NCBI GenBank assembly: GCA_963745835.1
Contig: CAVUZH010000022.1
Coordinates: forward strand, 96,001-160,000
DNA from: an uncultured delta proteobacterium
Lineage (GTDB): Bacteria > Desulfobacterota > Binatia > UBA9968
Length of the DNA stretch: 64,000 nt
Direction: 5' to 3'
A program made the translations under genes and the position numbers. The notes below the pieces were generated by a model. It was given only the letters and a program-made list of their open reading frames with translations, did not search any database and had not been told where the DNA came from. Shown here piece by piece: positions 1-10,414 of the stretch (its first letter is position 1; every line of letters starts with the position of its first letter).

Positions 1-665
1 AGCGGCTGGATCGTATCCGCAAGGCTCCGTCCGACCCGCGGATCGTTTTTCGCCCAGCCTTCGACGACCTTGAGCCATTTCGGGCCGATGAGCTTGTCGA
101 GGTTGAGAACGAACTGCAGTGTGGTCACGTGGATCCCAGGATTGGCCATGCCGAACTTGCCCTTCCACTTGGGATCTACCAGTTCTTCCCAGGTCTTCGG
201 CGCCTCCGACGCTTTCAAGAGCTGATGGTTGAAGTTGATGCCGTATGGGAGCACCCGCCAGGGCGTCATTTTTTTGTCCGCATCGAGAAACTGCTTGGGA
301 TAGCCTTTTGCCGCTGGTGGCTCGAATACAGCAAAGAGATTTTTCTCATCGAGGCTGGCCATGACGACTTCATTGCCGAGGGTCACGTCAAATCCTGGCT
401 TGCCCGCCCGCGCCTCGGCTAGCGAACGATTGATCAGCTCAGTCGCATCGCCGCGCCAGTGGCGCAATTTGATGCCGTATTTCTTCTCGAAGGCATCGCC
501 GATGGCTTTCGATGAACTGACGGTGATGGCGCCGTAGAACATCACCTCGCCTTCCTTCTTCGCCGCTTCGATCAGCTCCGGCGTGATCTGCGCCAGAACC
601 GTGATGGGTAACGTAAAAACAAGCACGGCGATCGTCAGCGCCGCCCGCAAAACACGTTGCAACAT
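1..665 (-). CDS. ABC transporter extracellular solute-binding protein (Fe3+/polyamine-type), 3' end beyond window
   Basis: Manual translation from ATG at 665 after RBS GAGGAGGAG: MLQRVLRAALTIAVLVFTLPITVLAQITPELIEAAKKEGEVMFYGA...APKTWEELVDPKWKGK; paralogous to 47186..48196; not in ORF track because it runs off the edge. Confidence 0.85.
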   Translation of the reverse strand, partial: MLQRVLRAALTIAVLVFTLPITVLAQITPELIEAAKKEGEVMFYGAITVSSSKAIGDAFEKKYGIKLRHWRGDATELINRSLAEARAGKPGFDVTLGNEVVMASLDEKNLFAVFEPPAAKGYPKQFLDADKKMTPWRVLPYGINFNHQLLKASEAPKTWEELVDPKWKGKFGMANPGIHVTTLQFVLNLDKLIGPKWLKVVEGWAKNDPRVGRSLADTIQP

Positions 666-762
666 TCTCTCCTCCTCGAAGGTCTGAATCTCTTGTATCC
701 CCGACGGTTTAGCGAATCAACGTCGGCCTCTCGAAGGAGCCTGCTAGATGATGATTATCGGA

Positions 763-900
763 CCACGGCAACTTCTTGATTTAACAACATGCCGCGAGCA
801 AACCGTCATTTTCTCACTGGTTGTGTTTTGGCATATCGCTCATCAATGCAGAGAAGACAGTTGCAATCGTTCCAAATGTTCCATCGCAATCGCTGCGCTC
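763..900. repeat. Dispersed intergenic repeat, copy A (matches 7849-7873 and 7960-8078)
   Basis: Shared ACTTCTTGATTTAACAAC and CATCAATGCAGAGAAGACAGTTGCAATCGTTCCAAATGTT blocks. Confidence 0.85.
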
Positions 901-1353
901 GTTTCAAGCTGTTGAAGACAATGGGTTGGGAGGAGAATCGCGTTTGATCTCACCAAGGCGTTTGCCTGAGAGAGAAGTTTAACCGGCTGGGATGGGATAG
1001 TGAGCCTCGATGCGGTTGACTTAGAACATATGGTCCGATTGGCGGCTATCCCGTCCCTGATCACATAGACAACTCGGCGTTGCTGTGATTCGATGGGTAC
1101 GCCACGCCGTGAGCCACAATTGGGTTGGCCCCCGAACAGGGAGTGCCATAGGATCTGTGATCCTATAACCGTTGGACGCGGCGTGGTACCGATCGTTTTC
1201 TGGGGCTTTCGAGGTAGATATGAAAGCCATTAGATTGGCTTTATACGGCAGCCAACCAAGAAGACAAATGGTCTTGTGCAGTCCTTCAGACGACTGACTT
1301 CTTGCAGGTTGTCTCGTATCGGTGTCAGTATGGTACGCTCATAGGGTTACCAC

Positions 1354-2355
1354 ATGATTGCAACTGAGATTAAAAATATGTCGGGAGGAGTCGAATTCGG
1401 AGTCCTCCTCCACACACGGCATTTGATTCGCGACGACGGGATGGAGCCTGGATTTGAGACCATGTGGGAAGAGGCCGCGCTTGCTGAAAAGCTCGGCATG
1501 GATCACGTGTGGATTGGCGATAGCGTGACGGTATTAGACAGGGCGAGGGGTGATTGTCTAGCCTTGATGGCTTCCCTTGCAATGAAAACAAACCGCATCA
1601 AAGTGGGCACGGTGCCTCTTCTTCCCGCCTTGCGCTCCCCGGTATTGCTAGCCCACACTCTGGCGACGCTTGACGTGATCTCACAGGGTCGTGTCCTAAT
1701 TGGCGCCAGTGTCGCGCCCTCCTTACCCTATATACAGCATCAGTTCGAAGCATGCAGCGTTCCGTATTCCGAAAAGGCCGGTCGACTTAGCGAGTCGATC
1801 CAAATCATGAAGCGGTTGTGGACAGAAAAAACGGTAAGCTTCGAAGGCAAATATCACAAGCTCCAGGATGTCGGCATACTACCTCATCCCATTCAAAAGC
1901 CGAGCATCCCAGTATGGATAACCGCAGACCGTAGCGAAAACGCTTTCAAGCGCGTCGCGCGCTTGGCCGACGGTTGGTTCACGTCGGGCTCTCGCCCAGT
2001 AGAGAAATTCGCGATAAACCGGAATAAAATTCAGGCTTACGCGGAAACCTATGGCAGACGAAATTGGGATTTGCCATCGGCTATCTATGCCACGTTCAAT
2101 CTGAATACAAACCGGGAAAAGGCGATGGAAGAGGGGTGGAAGTGGGTGGTGGATTTTTTTCGTCAGCCGAAGGCGAATTTGAATCATCTCTTTACTATCT
2201 TTGGAACACCAGACGACTGCGTCGAACTTCTCCGAACGTATGTAGATGCGGGGCTAACAGTAATCGTTGCCCGTTTGGCTTCTTCTGATGTTGAAAGACA
2301 AATGCGACTGTTGCTTGAGGAAGTGAAGCCTCGGCTGAAATCCGGAGTTGTATAG
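1354..2355 (+). CDS. LLM-class (luciferase-like) flavin-dependent oxidoreductase
   Basis: FGVLL...DHVWIGDS...LATLDVISQGRVLIG...ARLADGW motifs; start could be 1378. Confidence 0.9.
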   Translation: MIATEIKNMSGGVEFGVLLHTRHLIRDDGMEPGFETMWEEAALAEKLGMDHVWIGDSVTVLDRARGDCLALMASLAMKTNRIKVGTVPLLPALRSPVLLAHTLATLDVISQGRVLIGASVAPSLPYIQHQFEACSVPYSEKAGRLSESIQIMKRLWTEKTVSFEGKYHKLQDVGILPHPIQKPSIPVWITADRSENAFKRVARLADGWFTSGSRPVEKFAINRNKIQAYAETYGRRNWDLPSAIYATFNLNTNREKAMEEGWKWVVDFFRQPKANLNHLFTIFGTPDDCVELLRTYVDAGLTVIVARLASSDVERQMRLLLEEVKPRLKSGVV

Positions 2356-2503
2356 TTCGGCGCTCGTCACGAAAGAACGCAGAGCGTTGATTAGAAGCTT
2401 TCTATGGGAAAACGCGGTCTCTAGGTAGTCTACGCCCATTGACCGGTTTGAAAGAATGAGATTGTCACGGATGCAATTTCTTTAGAATAAAAAGGAGTGA
2501 GCT

Positions 2504-3358
2504 ATGAGTAAATCAACCCCTAGCGTTGTCCGAATCGATCACGGAGTTATTCCGACCAACGATTTGGGAAAGTCACTGTCTTTTTTTACCGATGTCCTGG
2601 GCGCGCGGTTTAATGCTCTCGTAAATGTCAACCTGCGTGGGCTTAATCGTGAAGTTCCGGAGATGGCATTCTTTACGTTAGCAAACCACCGAGGATTCGG
2701 TCTGTCGCTCGAAGATCAACCGATTCCGCCGACGATTCGTCCTTTAGAAGGACCTGTATGGGGATTCGAGGTCGATGACCGCGGTTTGGCAGGTGTAATC
2801 GCTGCTTTAAACCAGCGAAAGATCGCTTATGAGGGACCCATAGAATATGCGCAGCCTAGTCCGATTGCCGCGTCCCTCTTCATACGAGATATCCATGATT
2901 TCAACTACGAGTTTTCGGTACGGCGTGACGGACAAAAGAGCACTGACGCCGGTCAGGGAGACTTGGGACTTCGTCGCATCAACCATGTCCGACTCGAGGT
3001 GACGGATTTACCGCTTGCGGAGAGTTGGTACCTGGATACGCTCGGTTTGAGTCGAACCGACCCGGTACCAGGGGATCGCCAAGCATCACTGGTGGTAGCG
3101 GAGACGGGGCAGATGTTTATCCTTCATGAAGTGTCGCAGATGACGCAACGAAGCCACTACTGCCGTGGCCCTCACGTGGATGTCAAGGTTCCTATTGGGT
3201 CATTTGAGGCGTTCGTCTCGAAATTAACCAACGTTGAGAAATACTGGGGTCCGTTCGGCAATCGCATCCCGTGGCATGAACCAAATACGCAGACGGTTTA
3301 TTTCTACGATCCATTCGGCAATCGTCTGCAGGTGAGTGAAAATAGACCACATCATTGA
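2504..3358 (+). CDS. Two-domain VOC (glyoxalase/extradiol dioxygenase-fold) protein
   Basis: RIDHGVI...FFTDVLG, INHVRLEVTDL...WYLDTLGL, VYFYDPFGNRLQV; RBS AGGAG. Confidence 0.85.
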   Translation: MSKSTPSVVRIDHGVIPTNDLGKSLSFFTDVLGARFNALVNVNLRGLNREVPEMAFFTLANHRGFGLSLEDQPIPPTIRPLEGPVWGFEVDDRGLAGVIAALNQRKIAYEGPIEYAQPSPIAASLFIRDIHDFNYEFSVRRDGQKSTDAGQGDLGLRRINHVRLEVTDLPLAESWYLDTLGLSRTDPVPGDRQASLVVAETGQMFILHEVSQMTQRSHYCRGPHVDVKVPIGSFEAFVSKLTNVEKYWGPFGNRIPWHEPNTQTVYFYDPFGNRLQVSENRPHH

Positions 3359-3584
3359 AACTGCGCGATCATTGCTGCTATGCCGCAGGCTGTTGGAGCA
3401 CGCTTATCATCGGGATAATGGCTGAAGCCGTCGCTTTTACAACGGGTCTAATTCTTTAATTTTCCAGTTCAGCACCAAGAACGATTAGCTCGTTCTCGTG
3501 CTGGTAGATTCAGGTGCTTAGCTGTTCCCTACCATTGTGTGGCAACATGGCGCTTTTGCGGGAAGACTAAAAAGGAGAAGAACT

Positions 3585-4697
3585 ATGATTAGCAGTCCGA
3601 TTTCCGACATGATGCTCGGAGTCAAAAACATGATTGAGGCGGCGGATATCCGGACCGGAGACCAAGTGTTACTTTTGGCAGACCGTCGAAGCGACCCCGT
3701 GAGTATCGAAGCTCTCACTGCAGGGCTCAAGATGCACGGTGCCATCCCGATGTCGTTAATTACTGAACCGATTTCCCGCTACGGGCATGTTCCCGACGCG
3801 GTGCTACAAGCCATGCATGCCTCGGACGTCGCTATATGGGTTTGGCCAGTTTTCATCACCTTCACCCCAAAGCATCGAGCGATGGGTCGGCAGCGCGAAG
3901 AAAGCGGCACCCAGCTCAAGGAGCGAAGGCTAAAACCGTACTTCGTTTACTTCGAGGGCACTCCCGGTCTCTTGGCGCGCGATTATGCGAAATTTCCTAA
4001 CAAGGTTATGTGGAAGTTGGCTGAAAAAGTACGGGAGGTGGTTGCCTCTGGCCGCGTGGTTAGAGTCGAAGACGATCTGGGTACTAAATTGACTGCTACC
4101 TACGACGGCAAACGCCTTTATGGCATGCAGTTTCGCGCCGGCGATCCACCGGGCCGCTGCCATTTTCCGTGGGGTCGTTGCGGCGTTTTCAATGGCGACG
4201 GAAACGCAGATGGAGAACTCTATTTAAGTTGCGTCCAGGGTGTGGCCGGCATGCTATCCGAGCCAATGCGCTGGAAGGTCAAGAACAGCTGGGTGGTGGA
4301 AGTTGACGGTGGAGGAGAGATCGGAGAGGAATGCCGCAGACTCTTTGAAGAGGTTCCGGGATCAAATCGTTTGATCGAAATTATGTTCGGCTATCACCCT
4401 AAGGCTTCGATTGCCCACGGGATCGACGATCCGATGCACTGGGAACTCATTAGCAAGATGCCTTGGGCTGGTCTAGGTACCGACCGCAAACACCCGAACT
4501 TTCGACATGTGGACGGCTCGGTCATGAACGCTCGCCTTTACATCGACAATCGGCTCGTTGTTGACAAGTACGGGATGCTCGATCGGTCGCTGCTGCATCA
4601 TCCGGAAGTAATCGAAGCGGCTAGTCAATATGGAGATCCCTATCAAGTGCTCGCACCGGTTTCACATGAAGCACACGGATCGAATACATTATGGTGA
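3585..4697 (+). CDS. Aminopeptidase-T/M29-like protein, NicX (2,5-dihydroxypyridine dioxygenase)-like fold
   Basis: GDQVLLLAD, DDLGTKLT, EIMFGYHPKA, RHVDG (HxD) motifs; RBS AAGGAG before ATG 3585. Confidence 0.6.
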   Translation: MISSPISDMMLGVKNMIEAADIRTGDQVLLLADRRSDPVSIEALTAGLKMHGAIPMSLITEPISRYGHVPDAVLQAMHASDVAIWVWPVFITFTPKHRAMGRQREESGTQLKERRLKPYFVYFEGTPGLLARDYAKFPNKVMWKLAEKVREVVASGRVVRVEDDLGTKLTATYDGKRLYGMQFRAGDPPGRCHFPWGRCGVFNGDGNADGELYLSCVQGVAGMLSEPMRWKVKNSWVVEVDGGGEIGEECRRLFEEVPGSNRLIEIMFGYHPKASIAHGIDDPMHWELISKMPWAGLGTDRKHPNFRHVDGSVMNARLYIDNRLVVDKYGMLDRSLLHHPEVIEAASQYGDPYQVLAPVSHEAHGSNTLW

Positions 4698-4875
4698 TGG
4701 CAGGTTTTTCGGGTGTGCGATTAGGAAAAAAATGTAACGGAAAATGCCTGGACAGATGTTGTCACGACCGCTGGTGATAAGATCGATGTTTAAAACTGCA
4801 GCAAGATAATCTTACGTGATCGATCCCTCGCCAATCCATTCCTGAAAAAGCTCAGAATGAGAAAGTGAGTGACAG

Positions 4876-5862
4876 GTGCTGAACATTCGAACTGACGTCG
4901 CGCGCCGAGTTGTTGCCGCATCGCTGATCTTCGCATGGCTCGGCTCCACTCATGCCGAAGAAGTCAGCGTGTCTTATGCTACGTTCACTGCGTCCTACAT
5001 GGACCATTTGGTTGCGTTCGAAAGAGGTTATTTCACCGAAGAGGGATTGACTCTGAATAGGATTATAGTGGGTGGCGGAATTGCAACCCAAACTCTTGTC
5101 GCCAACAAATTGGATTTCAGCTCCTCTGGCAGTTCGGCCATAAGCGCGGCCATCCGCGGCGGACCTGTCAAGGTTATTTATACCAACCTTTCACGACCCG
5201 GGTATAAACTGGTGACGAACAAACTTGAAATTCGGACAATGCAAGACCTGATCGGTAGAAAGATTGCGATTAACACCCACGGAGATACGGGTCACCTCGC
5301 AACGCTTTTGCTGCTAAAAAAACATCACATCAATCCTAAATCCGTTTTGTTCATCGCCGTGCGCAGTAATGATGCAAAGCTTCCTGCGTTTCTCGCAGGT
5401 GCGGTCGATGCCGCGCCACTGACTGCCGGGGAAATTACCAAGATAGGCCCGGACAAAGGGCGAATTTTTGCTGATTTTCGCACGGAAATACAGATGGTGT
5501 ACACCGGTGTGGCGGTTTCCAACCGGTTTCTAGCGGAAAGACCGATGACTGTGGAACGCTTTATGCGCGGGCTGGCAAAAGGGCGCGAACATGCGAGACG
5601 TTTCAAGGAGCAGACGGTCGCCATTGTCTCTAAACATAATCCGCTGCCGGTGGAAGCCTTGTCGCTCGATTATGACATCGCGCTGGGCAGCATGACCGAG
5701 GAGGGATGGATTAGTGATGAGACGCTTAACGAAGAAGTAAAGACCCGTGCTGAGTTGGTTAATGCTACCCAAGTTCCGGATGTGAGAACTATTTTCGACT
5801 ATACTCCGATCAAAAAGGCATATGCAGACTTGAAGAAAGAGGGATGGAAGCCGATGCGATGA
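4876..5862 (+). CDS. NMT1/THI5/TauA-like ABC substrate-binding protein
   Basis: Signal peptide; VAFERGYFTEEGL, DLIGRKIAI, VERFMRG. Confidence 0.9.
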   Translation: MLNIRTDVARRVVAASLIFAWLGSTHAEEVSVSYATFTASYMDHLVAFERGYFTEEGLTLNRIIVGGGIATQTLVANKLDFSSSGSSAISAAIRGGPVKVIYTNLSRPGYKLVTNKLEIRTMQDLIGRKIAINTHGDTGHLATLLLLKKHHINPKSVLFIAVRSNDAKLPAFLAGAVDAAPLTAGEITKIGPDKGRIFADFRTEIQMVYTGVAVSNRFLAERPMTVERFMRGLAKGREHARRFKEQTVAIVSKHNPLPVEALSLDYDIALGSMTEEGWISDETLNEEVKTRAELVNATQVPDVRTIFDYTPIKKAYADLKKEGWKPMR

Positions 5863-6179
5863 CCCATAAGCAATTCCGTCCAATGCTCGCCGCGTCAGCA
5901 ACGTTCTTTTCGCAATCGGTGCCTCTTCCTCGTTCTTAGCCTATGACAAAACAAATTTTTGTTCGCTAGTTGCGCGAATCGTAAAAACCCGCACACAAGG
6001 AGATTGCTCTTGCAGCGCAATCGATGATGCCGTGTGACCGTAAGTATGACTTCTCCTATCACACAGACGCCTTTCTATTTCATAGCCGATTCATAATACC
6101 TGGTGTCGACTATCCTCTCGCGGTGGCAAAACGCCTTGAAAGGAATCCTTCCCTGAGCAACCATTCTGCGGCTATCTGG

Positions 6180-6749
6180 AGCACCGCTGTATTAAGCTTG
6201 GCAAGTTATAAATCTTTTGCTGGATCGAGCCTCCAAGGCCCATCGCATCGTCTTGTCGTCAAATTTCGTGATGAGGCCCAATATCCGGACCGCATCTTCA
6301 CAATTGGCTCTGTCGTAAAGCGCACTGGGTCGCGCGGTGAACGGCTCTCACGTACTTCACGATGATCTCTCTATTAACGGCGGCCCAGTTTCTCCTGATG
6401 ACAACACACGTCCATGGGAATGTCTCCCAATCGGCAGGAGACGCGACTATTTTCATCCCCGCTTCTTGGGCCTAAAAGCATAGGCCGTCGACAATACAGT
6501 CGCGCTGATTTGTCCGGTTTGAAGCGCCGCAAAAGCGATCACGAGACCCGCCAATCTTACGAAACTTGATGGTGTGGGCGTCCATCCCGTTTTTGGCAAG
6601 AAATTGTTTGGTCAAGAATTGGTCGGTCGACGGAATTTTCCAAACACCTATCGTTTTTCTTTGAGCTCGCCACAGTCTCGACACCGGGCGCAAGAATCAT
6701 AAACTGGGAGGGCCGTCGGCTGAGATCATAAACAGTGTGACAAGGTCAT
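6180..6749 (-). pseudogene. Decayed NMT1-like substrate-binding protein
   Basis: Frameshifted fragments ...ELKEKTIGVWKIPSTDQFLTKQFLAKNGMDAHTIKFRKIGGSRDRF; 5' end cut at the repeat starting at 6750; left boundary approximate. Confidence 0.55.
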
Positions 6750-6862
6750 GGTGTCAGGTTTTCGTATTGCGTATTGTGATAATTCAACGACCGTTTCCTC
6801 CACCAATGTCAAACAGGTGGTGGCGCCGCGAAGTTTCCCCGGAGCCGCAACTTAGCGACAGA
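6750..6862. repeat. ~113-bp imperfect direct repeat, copy 1
   Basis: GGTGTCAGGTTTTCGTATTGCGTATTGTGATAATTCAACGACCGTTTCC...GTTTCCCCGGAGCCGCAACTTAGCGACAGA aligns with 9081-9194. Confidence 0.9.
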
Positions 6863-7048
6863 CTTCCACTATATTCGATTGTAGAAGGCAACCGCATTGC
6901 CTAGGTTACGGGAGGGGAATCGTGGCTCGTCAGAGTGTAAAGATAGAAACCCGCATGCTGGAGCATCAGGTGAAAACAGAGGCAAAGTGCCTGGGATTTA
7001 CTTTGCCGGCATTAATTTAGTATGGACTTCATAAACTGAGCCCTCATC

Positions 7049-7744
7049 ATGAATGACCAGACGATTTCCTTCTTGCGCCAGCGCATTCTTGTGCGCTATC
7101 ACCCATCTGCATTCCTGCTCGGGGCACAGTTCTTGAGCCTGCTGCTTTACGCCGCATTCGATGGGGTGCACAGCGGGCGTGCATTGCTCGGCGCGTTCTC
7201 CGTCATCGTACTGGCGCTGGCAGTCTGGGTCGTAAGTCGCAGTCCTGCGATCAACTGGATCGCGTGGGTGATTGCGATTCCAGCGTTCCTTTTGTCACTT
7301 CTCTCCGCATTGTACGTCGATCCGCACTTGCTAATTTGGTCGTCGCTACTGGAGGCGGCGCTGTATTTCTACACCGCGGGCAGTCTGATCGCCTACATGA
7401 TGGGGGATCACCGGGTGACGAGGGACGAATTGTTCGCCGCCGGCGCCACCTTCACGCTGCTCGCCTGGGGATTCGCGTACGTTTATCTGGTCTGTCAGAC
7501 GTGGTACCCGGCCAGCTTCGCCGGCGCGACCCGTCCCGGAGAGCCTCGGACCTTTCTAGAACTCCTCTTTCTGAGCGTCACCAATCTTTCAGCAGCCGGC
7601 CTCGGCGATGTTCTGCCGATAACCTCGCTAGCACGCGTCCTGGTGATGCTCGAACAATTCGCCGGCGTCGGTTATCTAGCAGTAGTTGTCTCCCGCCTGA
7701 TCGGCCTAACTATCGTACGCCAACGTCGCAAAGATAATTTCTGA
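7049..7744 (+). CDS. Potassium-channel family (Ion_trans_2) membrane protein
   Basis: About 6 hydrophobic segments; pore region LLFLSVTNLSAAGLGDVLPITSLARVLVMLEQFAG. Confidence 0.8.
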   Translation: MNDQTISFLRQRILVRYHPSAFLLGAQFLSLLLYAAFDGVHSGRALLGAFSVIVLALAVWVVSRSPAINWIAWVIAIPAFLLSLLSALYVDPHLLIWSSLLEAALYFYTAGSLIAYMMGDHRVTRDELFAAGATFTLLAWGFAYVYLVCQTWYPASFAGATRPGEPRTFLELLFLSVTNLSAAGLGDVLPITSLARVLVMLEQFAGVGYLAVVVSRLIGLTIVRQRRKDNF

Positions 7745-7848
7745 ACAGCCATTGGTTCGAAGCTCTGGATCAGACTCAAGTCTTGCCTTTTGACGTTGTG
7801 CTTTGTGCTTTAGGAATCAGCGTTTCATAGTCACCTACTCGCGTCGCC

Positions 7849-8078
7849 CCACGGAACTTCTTGATTTAACAACGTGAGATGACATGCAAGGCACCGTCTA
7901 CGCTGTTAAGGTCCGACTTTTTAGGCTGAAAAGCGTTGGTTAAGGGAAAACGATGCACCCGAGCAAAACCGTCATTTTCTCCATGGTTGTGCTTGGCATA
8001 TCACTCATCAATGCAGAGAAGACAGTTGCAATCGTTCCAAATGTTTCAATCGTTCCAGTCATTCCAACTCACTGCGCT
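7849..8078. repeat. Dispersed intergenic repeat, copy B, with 9-nt tandem units
   Basis: Matches 763-900 plus ~85 nt extra; GTTGCAATC GTTCCAAAT GTTTCAATC GTTCCAGTC units. Confidence 0.85.
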
Positions 8079-8446
8079 AGATACCGGAGGACAACCTGTT
8101 CGACAGTTCAAACGGTCGGATCCAGAAGCGCTTGAGACCGCGCGCACGGTGCAGGGACATGAAGCAGAGTATTGACAGCGGGGCAAGCGAAAGTTTAGAA
8201 AGTTTGCCAACTGGCGTGCCACTTGTCAGGGTGTCGGCCAATTCCACTCGCGAAGATTGATCGGCTCATTCACCATCACTTTGACCGTGCTCGCATGAGG
8301 ATCACTAATCCTTGTAGCATTATGATTCTATTAGAATGCCTTGACTACAGCGCCGGCTCGCCAGGTTGTGGCATTAACGGCCGCGGAAAATCCGTAAAAA
8401 ATCAGGGACGAACGTCGCAGAAGAAACTAATAAGGAGTAAAGCTTT

Positions 8447-9064
8447 ATGACATCAAAGCGTATTGGCGTCCTCACTTCCTTGTCGCTGTTACTGATCATC
8501 GCGGGTTGCTCCAATGTCGGCGGCAACGTTTTCGCTGGTCGTAATGCACTACAAACCGGTCGGCCCAAGGATGCAATTGACTACTTGGTGCGGGCAGCCG
8601 ACACCGATCCGAATTACAAGCTTCCCTACCGGATTCGCCCGGGCGTACTGGTATACCTCGGCCGGGCATACCTCGAAACGGGCCAAGACACAGAAGCTCG
8701 ACAAACGTTGGAAAGAGCAGTCAAGCTCGATAAAGACGATCCGCTTGTGCATCTGTACCTTGGGATCGCGCTGTCAAAGACCGGCGAGCGCGAACGCGGT
8801 CGTAAAGAAATCGAAGATGGGCTTCGAGCCATCCACGACACGCTCGCATATATCGCAGAGGATCGCGTCTACGGGTTCTTCTGGGATCCCGCAATGGAAA
8901 TTCGCAATGATATTCGAGCATCGTTAGCCGCCACACTCGATGACACACAGCTCATTATGGCGGGCGAGCGCATCGGTCGTAAGTTCGACGAGGAGATCGA
9001 CCAAGCCCGACGCGATGAAGGACGAATACGCGGAGGCTCCGACAGCAGTGGCGGTGGCAATTGA
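8447..9064 (+). CDS. TPR-repeat lipoprotein
   Basis: Lipobox IIAGC; YLGRAYLETG...A..LERAVKLD and HLYLGIAL TPR patterns; RBS AAGGAG. Confidence 0.85.
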   Translation: MTSKRIGVLTSLSLLLIIAGCSNVGGNVFAGRNALQTGRPKDAIDYLVRAADTDPNYKLPYRIRPGVLVYLGRAYLETGQDTEARQTLERAVKLDKDDPLVHLYLGIALSKTGERERGRKEIEDGLRAIHDTLAYIAEDRVYGFFWDPAMEIRNDIRASLAATLDDTQLIMAGERIGRKFDEEIDQARRDEGRIRGGSDSSGGGN

Positions 9065-9080
9065 TCACCGAGTGGCTCCC

Positions 9081-9194
9081 GGTGTTGGGCTTTCGTATTA
9101 CGTATTGTGATAATCCAACGACCGTTTCCCTCCACTAATGTCAATCAGGTGGCGGGGCCGCGGAGTTTCCCCGGAGCCGCAGCTTAACGACAGA
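9081..9194. repeat. ~113-bp imperfect direct repeat, copy 2
   Basis: Aligns with 6750-6862. Confidence 0.9.
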
Positions 9195-9228
9195 GTAAAG
9201 GGGATCTTTCCGGATTCACTCGGCGACG

Positions 9229-10065
9229 TCATACTCCGCGCTGAAGAAACCGCAGGAGCACAGGCGCTATGGTGGTATTTGGCTCTTCGTTTACGCGCCG
9301 GCGCGCTGGATTGTCATCCGCCAAGGTAAACCAGTGATGACCGGCTCCGGGAATCAACATATCTTCGACTGAAGCGTCTTTAACGCGCAGCGCGGCAACA
9401 AACCGCTCGGATTGGTTGTGATGCACTATCGCGTCCTGGTCGCCGTGTATGATGAGGTACCTGACCGCCGGCTTACCCGCGAACTTCTGCAGCCGATGAA
9501 TCGGGGAGAAATCCTCGTAGTCCTCTTTCGCCTCCGGGTAAGATCTTCCCATAAGCTTGACGACGGGATCGTCGGTGCGTTTGGGCGGCTGCGTTACGCG
9601 CCACCAATCCGGCAGATCGTAGATGCCGTAGACTCCAACCATAGCGCGAATGTGTTTCGCTGTCGTTTCATGCAGCGACAGCATCGCTGCCATGTGGCCG
9701 CCAACGGAATCGCCAACGGTGCCGATGCGCGCCGGATCGATATGCAGCGATGCGGCGTTGGCAATCAGCCAATCCAATGCCCGGCAGACATCTTCCCACA
9801 CACCCGGCCAAGCTGGACTAACCTGACTCGAAAGGCGGTAATCCACTGCGATCGCGGCATAGCCTCGCTCCGCCAGCCAGGGTGCCCAACTCTTGTACTG
9901 CCGTTGGGAGCCGCGCAGCCATGCGCCGCCGTGTAAACACAGCAGAGCCGGATGGGGCCCGGCAGTCGTGGGCAGGTAAATGTCGACGCAAAGATTACGC
10001 TGCGGCCCACCGCCGTAAGGCAAATCCAGGCGAACTTGAACGTTGCTCTTATTGCTGTCGCTCAT
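9229..10065 (-). CDS. Alpha/beta hydrolase (HSL-like esterase)
   Basis: HGGAW oxyanion motif, GDSVGG nucleophile, HGDQD, GAGH. Confidence 0.9.
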   Translation of the reverse strand: MSDSNKSNVQVRLDLPYGGGPQRNLCVDIYLPTTAGPHPALLCLHGGAWLRGSQRQYKSWAPWLAERGYAAIAVDYRLSSQVSPAWPGVWEDVCRALDWLIANAASLHIDPARIGTVGDSVGGHMAAMLSLHETTAKHIRAMVGVYGIYDLPDWWRVTQPPKRTDDPVVKLMGRSYPEAKEDYEDFSPIHRLQKFAGKPAVRYLIIHGDQDAIVHHNQSERFVAALRVKDASVEDMLIPGAGHHWFTLADDNPARRRVNEEPNTTIAPVLLRFLQRGV

Positions 10066-10139
10066 ATGAAGTGTTACCTCGGGCGTGAAGCAGCTTCGGT
10101 TGAATATCAGCTTTAATACTTAGCTTTACAAGATCGCGT

Positions 10140-10340
10140 TTAGTTCGCGTACAGAACACTCCGGTTGCCTTCGATCCTCTTTCTCATCCTAACCGGCATC
10201 GCCTTCTCGGCGCTGCGCAGGTCATGGGCATTTGCAGAGTATCCAGATTTCCGTCGACGTTGTGAAAGACCCCGCGCTAGAAAGCCCTCATTGAGAATTT
10301 CACCCGGCGGAACCAGTCGCATGCGATTCTTTTTATCTTG
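10140..10340 (-). pseudogene. HigA-like antitoxin remnant with internal deletion
   Basis: MRLVPPGEILNEGFLARGLSQ joined almost directly to NAHDLRSAEK; central HTH is missing. Confidence 0.55.
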
Positions 10341-10414
10341 TCGTGCATTGAGATCGTGCAGGCGACGGCGTTTCTTTTCGCACCACGAATAAGGCGGCTG
10401 GAACCAGAAATGTT

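Noticed and set aside
8020-8075. CRISPR array from GTT-starting repeats
   Set aside because: Units are 9 nt, adjacent, without spacers; no cas genes in the window
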